A stretch of 64,000 bases of DNA from an uncultured bacterium (GCA_964652255.1 CAZZBM010000001.1:312920-376919); one strand, 5' to 3'. Positions 1 to 8,790 are shown, counted from the stretch's first letter. Notes: generated from the letters alone by a model not told the origin. Program-made: numbers and translations.

Positions 1-345
1 GTCAAGAAAGACAAACAAGAATTAAATCTTTTAAGGTTTTACTTTTTTGATGAGCAAAAAAGACTCTTTCTTTATAAAAGAGCTTCAAAAGCTTGGCTTC
101 AAGATCAATTTGAAGTTCCAACCTTTAGTCTAGAGCCAATCTCACAATATCCTCTTTTCACACAAAAAATAGATCTTCATAAATTTTTTAAATTTAAAAC
201 AACCATTACGAAATACACTATTAATAATTTTATTATTTTAAATAAAATTGATCATAAAGGAGAGTTTTTAAATATAGAAAACATCCCCCTTAGTAGTGCT
301 ACTAAAAAGGGGTTGGAATTGATTCTACAAAAAACTAGCTATTAA
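1..345 (+). CDS. C-terminal fragment of an unknown protein (5' end lies outside the window)
   Basis: Frame +1 is open from base 1 to TAA at 343-345 (114 codons), which is unusually long for non-coding sequence at this AT content. No family recognised. The 3' end overlaps the convergent hppA stop by 21 nt. Confidence 0.45.
   Translation, partial: VKKDKQELNLLRFYFFDEQKRLFLYKRASKAWLQDQFEVPTFSLEPISQYPLFTQKIDLHKFFKFKTTITKYTINNFIILNKIDHKGEFLNIENIPLSSATKKGLELILQKTSY
286..312. terminator. Imperfect hairpin just downstream of the hppA stop; possible bidirectional terminator
   Basis: cccc-ttagtag / ctactaa-(aaa bulge)-gggg, read directly from the sequence. Only a weak U-run follows on either strand, and it lies inside the tail of the 1..345 ORF. 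Confidence 0.3.
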
Positions 346-2328
346 GATTGCTATAATCGCCATTAATTTAATAAGAGTGTTCATAGCTGGTCCAGAAGTA
401 TCTTTAAAAGGATCACCTACAGTATCTCCTATAACAGCTGCTTTATGAGCTTCAGATCCTTTTTTTTCACCCTCGATAAGATTCTGCTCTATAGCTTTTT
501 TAGCATTGTCCCAAGCTCCACCAGAATTTGCCATGAATAAAGCAAGAATAATTCCAGTGATAGTAGAACCTGCAAGTAAACCTCCAAGGGCTTCTTTACC
601 TAGAAAAAAACCTACAAGAATAGGAGCAGCGATAGCTACCAGTCCAGGAATAAACATTTCTTTGAGAGCAGCTTCAGTAGCGATAGCTACACATTTTTCC
701 GTTTCAGGCTCAGCTTTTCCTTCCATAAGCCCTTTAATTTCTTTAAACTGACGTCTCACTTCTTGAACCATTTTTTGCGCTGCCTTACCTACAGCATCAA
801 TAGTGTTAGCTGCAACGATAAAAGGAATAATTCCACCTAAAAAAAGCCCTACAAAAACGTAAGGATTCATAATGTTGATATTTTCTAAATCAACTGATTG
901 AGCATAAACAGAAAATAAAGCTAGGCTTGTTAAAGCTGCTGAAGCAATAGCAAAGCCTTTTCCAATAGCTGCTGTAGTATTTCCCAGCGAGTCTAGTTCA
1001 TCTGTAATAGCTCTTACAGAAGAATCAAGATGTGACATTTCTGCAATTCCACCAGCATTATCAGCAATGGGACCATAAGAATCTGTTGCCATCGTCATTC
1101 CTGTTGTGGCTAGCATTCCTACAGCAGCAAGAGCTATGCCATAAAGACCAGCTAAAGAATAACTCAGTAAAACTGTCACAGAAATTAAAATAATAGGGAG
1201 AACCACTGAATACATTCCCATGGAAAAACCAGTAAGAATAATGGTAGCTGGACCAGTTTTTCCAGCATAAGCTATTTTTCTAACAGGAAAAAAACTGTTG
1301 GAAGTAAAAAACTCTGTAAAAAAACCAATAAGTGTACCCATTACAGAGCCCAAAACTAAAATATAAAAAGGATTTTTATGAGAAGAAAATATATTAAAAT
1401 TTATTTGCTCATTAAGGAGATAACTAGCTCCTAAAAACAACAAAGTACTTAAAAAAGGAATAAATCTTAAAGAAGTGGCTGGTGAAAGTTTTTTAAAGAC
1501 ATTTATAAGAAGAATACCAAAAAAAGAAGAAAGAACCCCAAAGACAGTAACAATTAAAGGAAACAGAATACTTTCATGACTCATGGTATTAAAAGTACTC
1601 CCTATAATCATAGCTGAAATTAAAGCACTCACATAAGATTCAAAAAGATCAGCCCCCATGCCGGCTGTATCACCGACATTGTCACCAACATTATCGGCTA
1701 TAGTGGCTGGATTTCTAGGATCATCCTCTGGAATACCAGCTTCAACTTTTCCTACAAGATCAGCCCCTACATCAGCAGCCTTAGTGTAAATTCCACCACC
1801 AATTCTAGCAAAAAAAGCGACAGTAGAAGCTCCTAAAGCAAAATTGTTTAATAGAGATAACTCTAATCTATTGGTTAAGTATTCAAAAGCAAAATAAACA
1901 CCTAAAAGACCTAAGCTTGCTACAGTTAGACCCATGACAGATCCACCAAAAAAAGAAATTCTTAAAGCCTCATCTTTTTTGTTAAGTCTTGCTGCTTCAG
2001 TGGTTCTAACATTAGCTTTTGTTGCTGCTTTCATGCCCATAAAACCAGCAAAAAGAGAAATAATCCCGCCAAGAAGATAAGCTAAAGAAGAAAAAATTCC
2101 AGAAAAATAAAAAATTAAACCAGCTACTAGAAGTATAAAAATGCTTAAAATAGCATATTCTTTTTTAAGAAAAGCCAAAGAACCTTTCTCAATTAAAGAA
2201 GCAATCTTTTCCATCTTCTCTGTTCCAGAAGGAAGTTTTTTTAACCATAGATAAAGAGCAATGACAAAAAGAAAAACACCTATCATTAAATGAGGTGTAT
2301 AATAATAAAAAGATAAAATGATATCCAT
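325..2328 (-). CDS. hppA: Membrane-bound ion-translocating inorganic pyrophosphatase (K+-dependent-type signature)
   Basis: Polytopic protein with diagnostic M-PPase motifs: [78 protein letters not shown]. The track start at 2334 is a TTG only 2 nt after GGAG. The ATG at 2328 has an 8-nt spacer and is preferred. Confidence 0.95.
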   Translation of the reverse strand: MDIILSFYYYTPHLMIGVFLFVIALYLWLKKLPSGTEKMEKIASLIEKGSLAFLKKEYAILSIFILLVAGLIFYFSGIFSSLAYLLGGIISLFAGFMGMKAATKANVRTTEAARLNKKDEALRISFFGGSVMGLTVASLGLLGVYFAFEYLTNRLELSLLNNFALGASTVAFFARIGGGIYTKAADVGADLVGKVEAGIPEDDPRNPATIADNVGDNVGDTAGMGADLFESYVSALISAMIIGSTFNTMSHESILFPLIVTVFGVLSSFFGILLINVFKKLSPATSLRFIPFLSTLLFLGASYLLNEQINFNIFSSHKNPFYILVLGSVMGTLIGFFTEFFTSNSFFPVRKIAYAGKTGPATIILTGFSMGMYSVVLPIILISVTVLLSYSLAGLYGIALAAVGMLATTGMTMATDSYGPIADNAGGIAEMSHLDSSVRAITDELDSLGNTTAAIGKGFAIASAALTSLALFSVYAQSVDLENINIMNPYVFVGLFLGGIIPFIVAANTIDAVGKAAQKMVQEVRRQFKEIKGLMEGKAEPETEKCVAIATEAALKEMFIPGLVAIAAPILVGFFLGKEALGGLLAGSTITGIILALFMANSGGAWDNAKKAIEQNLIEGEKKGSEAHKAAVIGDTVGDPFKDTSGPAMNTLIKLMAIIAILIASFL

Positions 2329-2376
2329 AGACAAAACTCCTTTTTTCCTCTAGAAAGATAGAAAAAACGAGACTTT

Positions 2377-3840
2377 ATGTCAATCAAAAACCTTTTAAAA
2401 TACTCATTTAGAATGACTCTTGCTGTTTTTATTTCAAGATTTATTGGTCTTTTCAGAGAGCAAATGTATGCTCTCTATTTTGGAGCTACTTCTAAATTTG
2501 ACGCTTTTCTTGTCTCCTTTAGAATTCCTAATCTTTTTCGTGAACTTTTTGCTGAAGGAGCTGTTGCCTCTGTTTTTGTTCCTTATTTTACAGAAAAAAA
2601 TAAAAGTGAAAAAGAAGGTAGTTATGCTCTTTGGTCAGTAGCTATTACTCTTTTTACAGTGACAATGATTATAGCTACTTTTCTGGCGATCTTTGCCAAT
2701 GAAATTTTTCTTCTTTTTGGACCCCATCTCACCCCTTCAGGCTTAAGAGCTATTAACTATTATCTTCCCTTAGCTAGCCTCTATGCTTTATTTAGTAGTG
2801 CTCTTAATACCTTATATCGTTTTTTTCTTCCAGCTGTTCTTCCTGGCTTATCTAATTTAGTAATTTTAATTGTCATTCCTTTAGAAGCTTACTTTTTAGG
2901 TGAAGCTACTATTCAAACCCTTAGCTATACTTTTGTTGGGTACATGTTTACTCAGGCTTTCATTACAGGAATTTTACTTCATAAAAAATATCCTTTTTAT
3001 GCTTTTTCTTACAAAGAAGGATTCTATGTTTTAAAAAAAATGCTTCCAGCTTTTTACACAGTCCTTACAGCTCAAGCTAGTACTTATTTACAAACATCTT
3101 TTGCTTTAAGACTTGGATCAGGAACCCTTTCTTGCTTAAATTATGCTTTTAAGGTTTTTCAACTTCCCATAGGGCTTCTTGGCATTGCTTTATCTAATGC
3201 TCATATTGTTCTTTTTTCTAAAGCTTTAAAAAATGGTGAAATTGATTCAGCTAGAAAAATCTTTTCTGACTCGGTTAAAATTATTATTTTATTTTTCCTC
3301 CCTCTTCTTTTCTTCTTTTTTCTTTACGGAGAACAAATCATTACTATTATTTATCAAAGAGGGAAATTTACTGAAGAAGCAGTGATTCAAACCACTAAAG
3401 CTTTCCAAATGTATCTTATTTGTCTTCCTTTCTATGCTCTTACTAAACTCACCACACCTACTCTTTTAGCTTTAAATGAAGCAAAAAAGCTTCTTTTTTC
3501 AGCGACTCTTTCTCTCATTATTCAACTTGTTATTTATTTTTTTTTCTTAAAAAACATTGGCTCATTAGCTCTAGCAACTTCTCTTTCAGTCATTAGTTCT
3601 ACTCTATGGCAAAGTCTTTTTATTAAAAAAGCTTTAAAAAAATTTCAATTATTTCATAGAGAATCTTTAGCTTTACCTGTTTTTATGGGTTTCAGTTATT
3701 TTATCTTTAAAAAATTTCCATTTGAATATGAATATTTCTTTAAAGATCTATTTAAGCTCGCTTTACACTTTTCTTTTCCTTGTGTTCTTTATATAATAAT
3801 AATTCAAGTGCTAAGAAAAAAGGAGATTCATGAGGACTGA
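2377..3840 (+). CDS. murJ: Lipid II flippase MurJ/MviN
   Basis: N-terminal MurJ signature (FISRFIGLFREQMYALYFGATSKFDAFLVSFRIPNLFRELFAEGAVASVFVPYF). Multi-pass membrane protein of typical length. Confidence 0.9.
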   Translation: MSIKNLLKYSFRMTLAVFISRFIGLFREQMYALYFGATSKFDAFLVSFRIPNLFRELFAEGAVASVFVPYFTEKNKSEKEGSYALWSVAITLFTVTMIIATFLAIFANEIFLLFGPHLTPSGLRAINYYLPLASLYALFSSALNTLYRFFLPAVLPGLSNLVILIVIPLEAYFLGEATIQTLSYTFVGYMFTQAFITGILLHKKYPFYAFSYKEGFYVLKKMLPAFYTVLTAQASTYLQTSFALRLGSGTLSCLNYAFKVFQLPIGLLGIALSNAHIVLFSKALKNGEIDSARKIFSDSVKIIILFFLPLLFFFFLYGEQIITIIYQRGKFTEEAVIQTTKAFQMYLICLPFYALTKLTTPTLLALNEAKKLLFSATLSLIIQLVIYFFFLKNIGSLALATSLSVISSTLWQSLFIKKALKKFQLFHRESLALPVFMGFSYFIFKKFPFEYEYFFKDLFKLALHFSFPCVLYIIIIQVLRKKEIHED

Positions 3841-4282
3841 TTTTACCTCACTAAAACTATTTGCTGATCATATTCTTAATCAATTAAGACAATTTCATTT
3901 ACTGGAGTTTTCTCTGGACACAAGAGCTTCTCTGATAGAATCCTTAGCTGAAGAACTTAATGTAGGTCTTCTTACCGAAGAAGATCTTCAGGAAGAAACC
4001 CTGGAAGAGCTTCAAGAAAAATATGGTGAAATTGAAGCCGCTGATATTACTCAAAATGAAGCTTATATTCATGCCAGAAAAGAACTCATTAAATCTTTTA
4101 ATGGAGAAGCTATTTCTGGTTTTTACTTAGCTGAATCTCTTTTTAAATTAGCAGAAAGAGTTAAAAACTTTTTAACAGATTCATCTCTAGTCGAAGAAGT
4201 CTACGGAACAGATGAAGAGTTAGTTTCTTTTTTGGTTCAAAAATTTAAATCTTATGAGCCAGCTAGAACTCTAAATCCTTAA
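3830..4282 (+). CDS. Hypothetical acidic, helical cytoplasmic protein
   Basis: 150-aa ORF whose start overlaps the murJ stop (translational coupling). Glu/Leu-rich. No family confidently recognised. Confidence 0.55.
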   Translation: MRTDFTSLKLFADHILNQLRQFHLLEFSLDTRASLIESLAEELNVGLLTEEDLQEETLEELQEKYGEIEAADITQNEAYIHARKELIKSFNGEAISGFYLAESLFKLAERVKNFLTDSSLVEEVYGTDEELVSFLVQKFKSYEPARTLNP

Positions 4283-4643
4283 AAATTTTTTCCACATAAT
4301 AATCTTCCACTCCTGCTTCAAAAACTTTACTCACACTCACTAGGTATCCTTTTTGTTTTCTCATAAAAAACAAATGCCTTCTCTCCTCTAAAAAAGAACC
4401 TTTTCCTTGAAAGTAATCAAAATTTTCAATGTTTTCATCTAGAATCCAACTTTGCAGAAAAGAAAGATCTTTTTCTAAAACCAAAGACCAAGAAGAAGTA
4501 TAGATTTTATTTTGATCTTGTTTCCACCAAGAAGGAACTAAAAATTCTTGACCATAAAAAGAAATCTTTTTTTTTGGATAAAAAAAGATTTCTTTTGTAA
4601 GAAAAAAAATAAAAATTAAAATGAAAACAATTACTAAACTCAT
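4263..4643 (-). CDS. Hypothetical N-terminally membrane-anchored protein
   Basis: 126-aa ORF with a hydrophobic N-terminus (LVIVFILIFIFFL). No recognisable motif. Its 3' end overlaps the convergent upstream ORF by 20 nt. Confidence 0.5.
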   Translation of the reverse strand: MSLVIVFILIFIFFLTKEIFFYPKKKISFYGQEFLVPSWWKQDQNKIYTSSWSLVLEKDLSFLQSWILDENIENFDYFQGKGSFLEERRHLFFMRKQKGYLVSVSKVFEAGVEDYYVEKIFKDLEF

Positions 4644-4701
4644 TTGCAGACTACTATTTTTTTAGTAAAGAAAATTATCTCTCTATTTACAAAAGAGATC
4701 A

Positions 4702-6264
4702 ATGTTTATGAGTAAAAAAGATCTCTTAACACTTATTCAATCTTTTCCTAATGATCCTGGGTGTTACCTTATGAAAGAAGATGACATTATCCTTTATATA
4801 GGAAAAGCTAAGAACTTAAAAAAAAGGATTTTGTCTTATTTTCAAAAAAAGCAAGAAATTAAAATAGCTTCCTTGATTCACAAGATTACTTCCATTGACT
4901 ATATAAGAACCCTAAATGAGACAGAAGCTCTTCTTCTAGAAAATAATCTTATTAAAAAACATCAACCTCTTTATAATTTTCAATTAAAAGATGATAAAAG
5001 GTATGCTTCCTTATTTATTTCTCATGAACCCTTTCCAAAGCTTGAAATCACACGAGAAAAACCTAAAGGGCTAATTCTGGGACCCTATCCAGGTCTTTCC
5101 GTTAAAGATCTTGCCTTAAGATTGAGTGATTTTTTGCAACTTAGAAAATGTTCTTTAAAAGAATTTCAAAAAAGAAAAAAAGTTTGTGATTACTATCATT
5201 TAAAAACTTGCAGTGGAACTTGTCTAAAATTAGAGTCTGAATCTTCTTATACAAAAAAACTTGAACTCATTGAACAATTTTTTAAAAAAAAGAACAAAAA
5301 GCTTTTTTCTTTGGTTGAAGAAACAATGTTTAAAAAAGCAGAGGAAGAAAAATTTGAAGAAGCTCATGAAATCAAACAACTTTATCTTCTTTTAAAAAAA
5401 TTCTTAGAAGAAGAAAGATTTCAACGAGTAGAATCTCTTCATCACAAGAATAGTGACTTTCTTCTCCTGTCCACCAAAGATCACTGTTCTTTGGTTAGAT
5501 TTTTAACCTTATCTCAAGGTGAACTTATAGCTAAAAAAGATTATTTTTTTCTTAGTGATTCACTGGCATTAGATTCTTTAGTTTATACTCATTATCTTTA
5601 TGAACAAAAAAAACACACACTTTATACTGAAGAAGAATTTATTGTATTAGATCTAAATCTTAGAAAAATTCCCTCTTCGTTAAAAAAATTCTTTCAAGAA
5701 CAAAAAGAGCTTTTAGAAAAAGATCTCTCCAGACAACTTCACTTGTATCATCCTTATCTAGCTCTAGTAACCCTTCAAAATCTTCTTCAGCTTCAAGATC
5801 TCCCTAGGGTTTTAGAAGCTTATGATGTAGCTGTTTTTCAAGGATCATCTCCGACAGCTTCTCAAATTGTTTTTAAAGATGGATTTTCTTCTTCCAAAGA
5901 TTATCGTTATTACAACCTTAAAACTCTTCCCGAAGGAAACAATGACTTTAAAATGTTAAAAGAAGTCTTTTTAAGAAGATTAGAAAAAAAACCTTATCCT
6001 GATCTTATTCTTATTGATGGAGGATTGCCTCAATGGAGAGTTTTTAAAAAAGTTTTAAAAAAACTTAATCTTTTTATTCCTTTTTTAGCCCTAGCTAAAG
6101 AAAAAAATCAGCTAGAAGAAAGACTTGTTTTAGATGAAAACAGGACTCTTGCCTTGAAAGATTCTCATCTAAAAACTCTTCTTGTTCAGCTCAGAGATGA
6201 AGCTCATAGATTTTCCAGAAAACTTCATCATAGAAAAGAGCAAGAAAGGTATTTTAAAAAGTAA
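4702..6264 (+). CDS. uvrC: Excinuclease ABC subunit C, short form lacking the C-terminal (HhH)2 domain
   Basis: GIY-YIG module (GCYLMK..ILYIGKAKNLKKRILSYF, ETEALLLENNLIKKHQPLYN), UVR-like helix (EEEKFEEAHEIKQLY) and RNase H-like endonuclease motifs (LIDGGLPQ, RDEAHRFS). The ORF stops about 20 aa after RDEAHRF. Confidence 0.9.
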   Translation: MFMSKKDLLTLIQSFPNDPGCYLMKEDDIILYIGKAKNLKKRILSYFQKKQEIKIASLIHKITSIDYIRTLNETEALLLENNLIKKHQPLYNFQLKDDKRYASLFISHEPFPKLEITREKPKGLILGPYPGLSVKDLALRLSDFLQLRKCSLKEFQKRKKVCDYYHLKTCSGTCLKLESESSYTKKLELIEQFFKKKNKKLFSLVEETMFKKAEEEKFEEAHEIKQLYLLLKKFLEEERFQRVESLHHKNSDFLLLSTKDHCSLVRFLTLSQGELIAKKDYFFLSDSLALDSLVYTHYLYEQKKHTLYTEEEFIVLDLNLRKIPSSLKKFFQEQKELLEKDLSRQLHLYHPYLALVTLQNLLQLQDLPRVLEAYDVAVFQGSSPTASQIVFKDGFSSSKDYRYYNLKTLPEGNNDFKMLKEVFLRRLEKKPYPDLILIDGGLPQWRVFKKVLKKLNLFIPFLALAKEKNQLEERLVLDENRTLALKDSHLKTLLVQLRDEAHRFSRKLHHRKEQERYFKK

Positions 6265-6299
6265 ACTTATGTTCTATAAATTAAAAAAGGAGAATAAGT

Positions 6300-6539
6300 A
6301 TGGGTCAATGTGGATGTAAACAATGTAAGTGCTCCCCCCCAAGCAAGCCTAATGAAGGATGTTTTGGTTCTTTGATTTTAATATGTTTGACTGTAATAAG
6401 CTTAACAGCAGCAGCAAATTCTTTCGTAATGAATAGATTTTTAGCGGTGAAAAATACACCAGTTTTAGAAACTACAAAAGATAGTTCTTCTTATGCTTTT
6501 TGCTTAAAAAATTGCTCTATTGATGGTGAAGAAGAATAA
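6300..6539 (+). CDS. Small Cys-rich single-pass membrane protein with C-terminal NCSIDGE motif (paralogue 1)
   Basis: Strong RBS (aaggag) 7 nt upstream of the ATG. N-terminus is MGQCGCKQCKC, followed by one TM helix. The tail ends FCLKNCSIDGEEE and is shared with the next ORF. Confidence 0.55.
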   Translation: MGQCGCKQCKCSPPSKPNEGCFGSLILICLTVISLTAAANSFVMNRFLAVKNTPVLETTKDSSSYAFCLKNCSIDGEEE

Positions 6540-6676
6540 AAAAAGATAGATTTTTTGTATTTTTTATCAGGTATATTCTCATATAAGAGTTAAATTCTTT
6601 ATTGTCTTTTTCATGAAAAAAAAAAGAATCTTTAAATCATAAAATTCAAGGGACTATAGAAGACGGTATTAAAAAT

Positions 6677-6877
6677 ATGCCAGGTTGCTTAATTAGTGGC
6701 TTATTCGGCTCCTTCTTAATAATTTCTTCCTTGGTTTCTTCTTGTTATTTGCTTAATTCTTCAAAAGAATCCACTAGTATATCTGTGCCTACTAAAATAG
6801 TACCAACAAATATACTAGACAATACGATCCCTTGCTGTGAAAATTGTTCTATTGATGGCGAACCTAGTGAAAATTAA
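6677..6877 (+). CDS. Small single-pass membrane protein with C-terminal NCSIDGE motif (paralogue 2)
   Basis: 66-aa ORF with an N-terminal TM helix. The tail ends PCCENCSIDGEPSEN. The 21-nt motif region is 19/21 identical to ORF 6300..6539, and both differences are synonymous. Confidence 0.5.
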   Translation: MPGCLISGLFGSFLIISSLVSSCYLLNSSKESTSISVPTKIVPTNILDNTIPCCENCSIDGEPSEN

Positions 6878-6908
6878 ATTAATTTTAAAATAAATAAAAG
6901 GAGATTTT

Positions 6909-7262
6909 ATGAAATATTTGTTATTACTAAGCCTATCTAGCTGTGCTACTCTTTTTGAAAAAAAAACGCATGATCTTACTGTTAACTCTAACATTCCCGG
7001 AGAAGTCTACATTGATGGAACTCTTATGGGGAAAACACCTCTTGTGCTATCATTAAAGGCAAACAAAAGCTATACTGTTCAAGTAAAAGCTAAAGGTTAT
7101 ACTTCATCAACAAAAATGCTCAACAACAAGATAGGTATACACTGGGTTGTTCTAGATGTTTTAGGCGGATTACTTCCAGCCTTAATAGATTTAGCTACTG
7201 GAAATTGGTATACTCTTGAAACACCTGTTCTAAATTTTCACTTAGAAGCAGAAAAAAAATAA
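6909..7262 (+). CDS. PEGA-domain lipoprotein
   Basis: RBS aaggag. Lipobox LSLSSC. PEGA-like core (GEVYIDGTLMGKTPLVLSLKANKSYTVQVKAKGY). C-terminal GGLLPALIDLATGNWY segment typical of PEGA proteins. Confidence 0.7.
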   Translation: MKYLLLLSLSSCATLFEKKTHDLTVNSNIPGEVYIDGTLMGKTPLVLSLKANKSYTVQVKAKGYTSSTKMLNNKIGIHWVVLDVLGGLLPALIDLATGNWYTLETPVLNFHLEAEKK

Positions 7263-7263
7263 T

Positions 7264-7668
7264 CTAAATTAGATCCAATCTTTTTAAATGACGCCCCTCT
7301 TCAAAGGGGGTGTTTAAAAAAAGAGATAAAAGTTCTTCCTCTGGTAGAGAAAAATTTCTACCAGCAAGACATAACACATTAAGATCGTTATGAGCTCTTG
7401 CTAACTTTAGCTCTTCTAAAGAATGAATCACACTAGCCCTGATATGACTAAATCTGTTAGCGGCAATATTCATTCCAATACCACTCCCACAAATCAAAAT
7501 ACCCTTATCTTCTTTCGTTACAAGTGAGCAAAGTTTTTGAGCATAAAGAGGGTAATCACAAGAGTTCAAAGAATCAGTCCCTAGGTCAATTAAATAGGTA
7601 AATTTTAATAAAAAATTTTTTTTCACTTGATAGCCCGCATGATCACTGGCTATATAGACCTTACTCAT
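7264..7668 (-). CDS. rpiB: Ribose-5-phosphate isomerase B (RpiB/LacA/LacB family)
   Basis: Motifs IASDHAGY and ILICGSGIGMNIAANRFSHIRA. Typical length of about 135-150 aa. Confidence 0.92.
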   Translation of the reverse strand: MSKVYIASDHAGYQVKKNFLLKFTYLIDLGTDSLNSCDYPLYAQKLCSLVTKEDKGILICGSGIGMNIAANRFSHIRASVIHSLEELKLARAHNDLNVLCLAGRNFSLPEEELLSLFLNTPFEEGRHLKRLDLI

Positions 7669-8788
7669 GAAAAAACATTCTAAGAGCTACTTTGCCTCTT
7701 GTCCAGTTGGCTTTGAGCCTTTTTTAGAAGAAGAAATTTTAAAAATTTCTAAAAATAAAGCTAAAACAGAAATTAAAAGAGGAGGATTATTCTTTGAATG
7801 TTATAATGAAGATGCTTTAGAGTTTTTATTAACAACAAGAATTGCTAGCAAAGTTTATAAACTTTTTTATAGCTTTGATTTATTTCAGGAGAAAGATCTT
7901 TACACTCAAGCTAGTCAAATTCATTGGGATAAAATTTTTTCAATTGAACAAAGTTTTTCTATTAAAAGTCTTTTTCTAGGCAGAAAACATCTTTATGACT
8001 CTTCTCTTTATTCTTCTCAGTTATTAAAAGATGCCCTTGTGGATTCTTTTAGAAAAATCTATGGTCGAAGACCTAATGTAGATAAAGAAGGCGATGTTCA
8101 CATTCTTTTTGTTACAGAACAAGAAGAAGATCACTTTAAAGGATTTATCTATGTTGCTCTTTCTCAATCTTTAGGAAATAGACATTATAGAAAAAATTCC
8201 TATGAGTTTTCTCTTAAAGAAAATATCGCTGCTGGCTTACTGAACTTTTTTCATTCTACCAGTGAAAATTTTTTTGATCCTTTTTGTGGATCAGGAACTC
8301 TTCTTTATGAAGAGATTATTAGACGTTATCATATAGCTCCAACCTATTATTCACTTCTTAACAATCTAGTTTTTCCTTTTGAGAAATTAATATTTTTTCA
8401 AAAGGATCCTTATCTTAAAGAAAATTTCACTAAAATTAAAACAAGACTCTTAAATCATTTTCACAAGGTAGAAAAAAATTTTAAAAATACTTTTTACGGC
8501 TCTGATCTTTTACCTTCACTTCAAGAAAATTACTTTCCTCTACCTATTCACTACCAATCTCATTCCTTTGAAAAAACTCCTCTCTCTGGAGATATTCTTT
8601 GTAATATTCCCTATACCAACAAAGAACTTCCTTTAAAGCTTTATACTTTTCTAAAAAAAAGTTCTCATCAAAAAGGCTTTATTTGTTCTTTAGAGCAATA
8701 TGATTCTGTAAAAAAAACAGACCATTTTGTTTTTAAATTTAAAAATGGTCCAAAAGACTGTGTTCTTTTTTTAATCAAAGATCATTAA
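7667..8788 (+). CDS. THUMP-domain class I SAM-dependent RNA methyltransferase (RlmL/UPF0020-like)
   Basis: N-terminal THUMP-like region (FASCPVGFEPFLEEEI), SAM motif I (DPFCGSGTLL) and an NPPY-like motif (CNIPYTN). Confidence 0.75.
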   Translation: MKKHSKSYFASCPVGFEPFLEEEILKISKNKAKTEIKRGGLFFECYNEDALEFLLTTRIASKVYKLFYSFDLFQEKDLYTQASQIHWDKIFSIEQSFSIKSLFLGRKHLYDSSLYSSQLLKDALVDSFRKIYGRRPNVDKEGDVHILFVTEQEEDHFKGFIYVALSQSLGNRHYRKNSYEFSLKENIAAGLLNFFHSTSENFFDPFCGSGTLLYEEIIRRYHIAPTYYSLLNNLVFPFEKLIFFQKDPYLKENFTKIKTRLLNHFHKVEKNFKNTFYGSDLLPSLQENYFPLPIHYQSHSFEKTPLSGDILCNIPYTNKELPLKLYTFLKKSSHQKGFICSLEQYDSVKKTDHFVFKFKNGPKDCVLFLIKDH

Positions 8789-8790
8789 TT

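Noticed and set aside
506-751. 81-aa ORF antisense to hppA. Similar track ORFs lie antisense or out of frame within conserved genes: 2420-2641, 15786-16046, 20250-20510, 37292-37537, 59364-59558, 59498-59680, 60936-61121, 63698-63916.
   Set aside because: All lie entirely inside well-supported conserved CDSs and have low-complexity or odd composition. None has an RBS or recognisable motif. They are typical shadow ORFs.
6540-6676. AT-rich imperfect inverted repeat (attcttt ... aaagaat around tttttcatgaaaaa) between the two small Cys-motif genes, considered as a terminator or regulatory hairpin.
   Set aside because: The stems are almost purely A:T with a large loop and low predicted stability. 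It cannot be distinguished from background in this composition.
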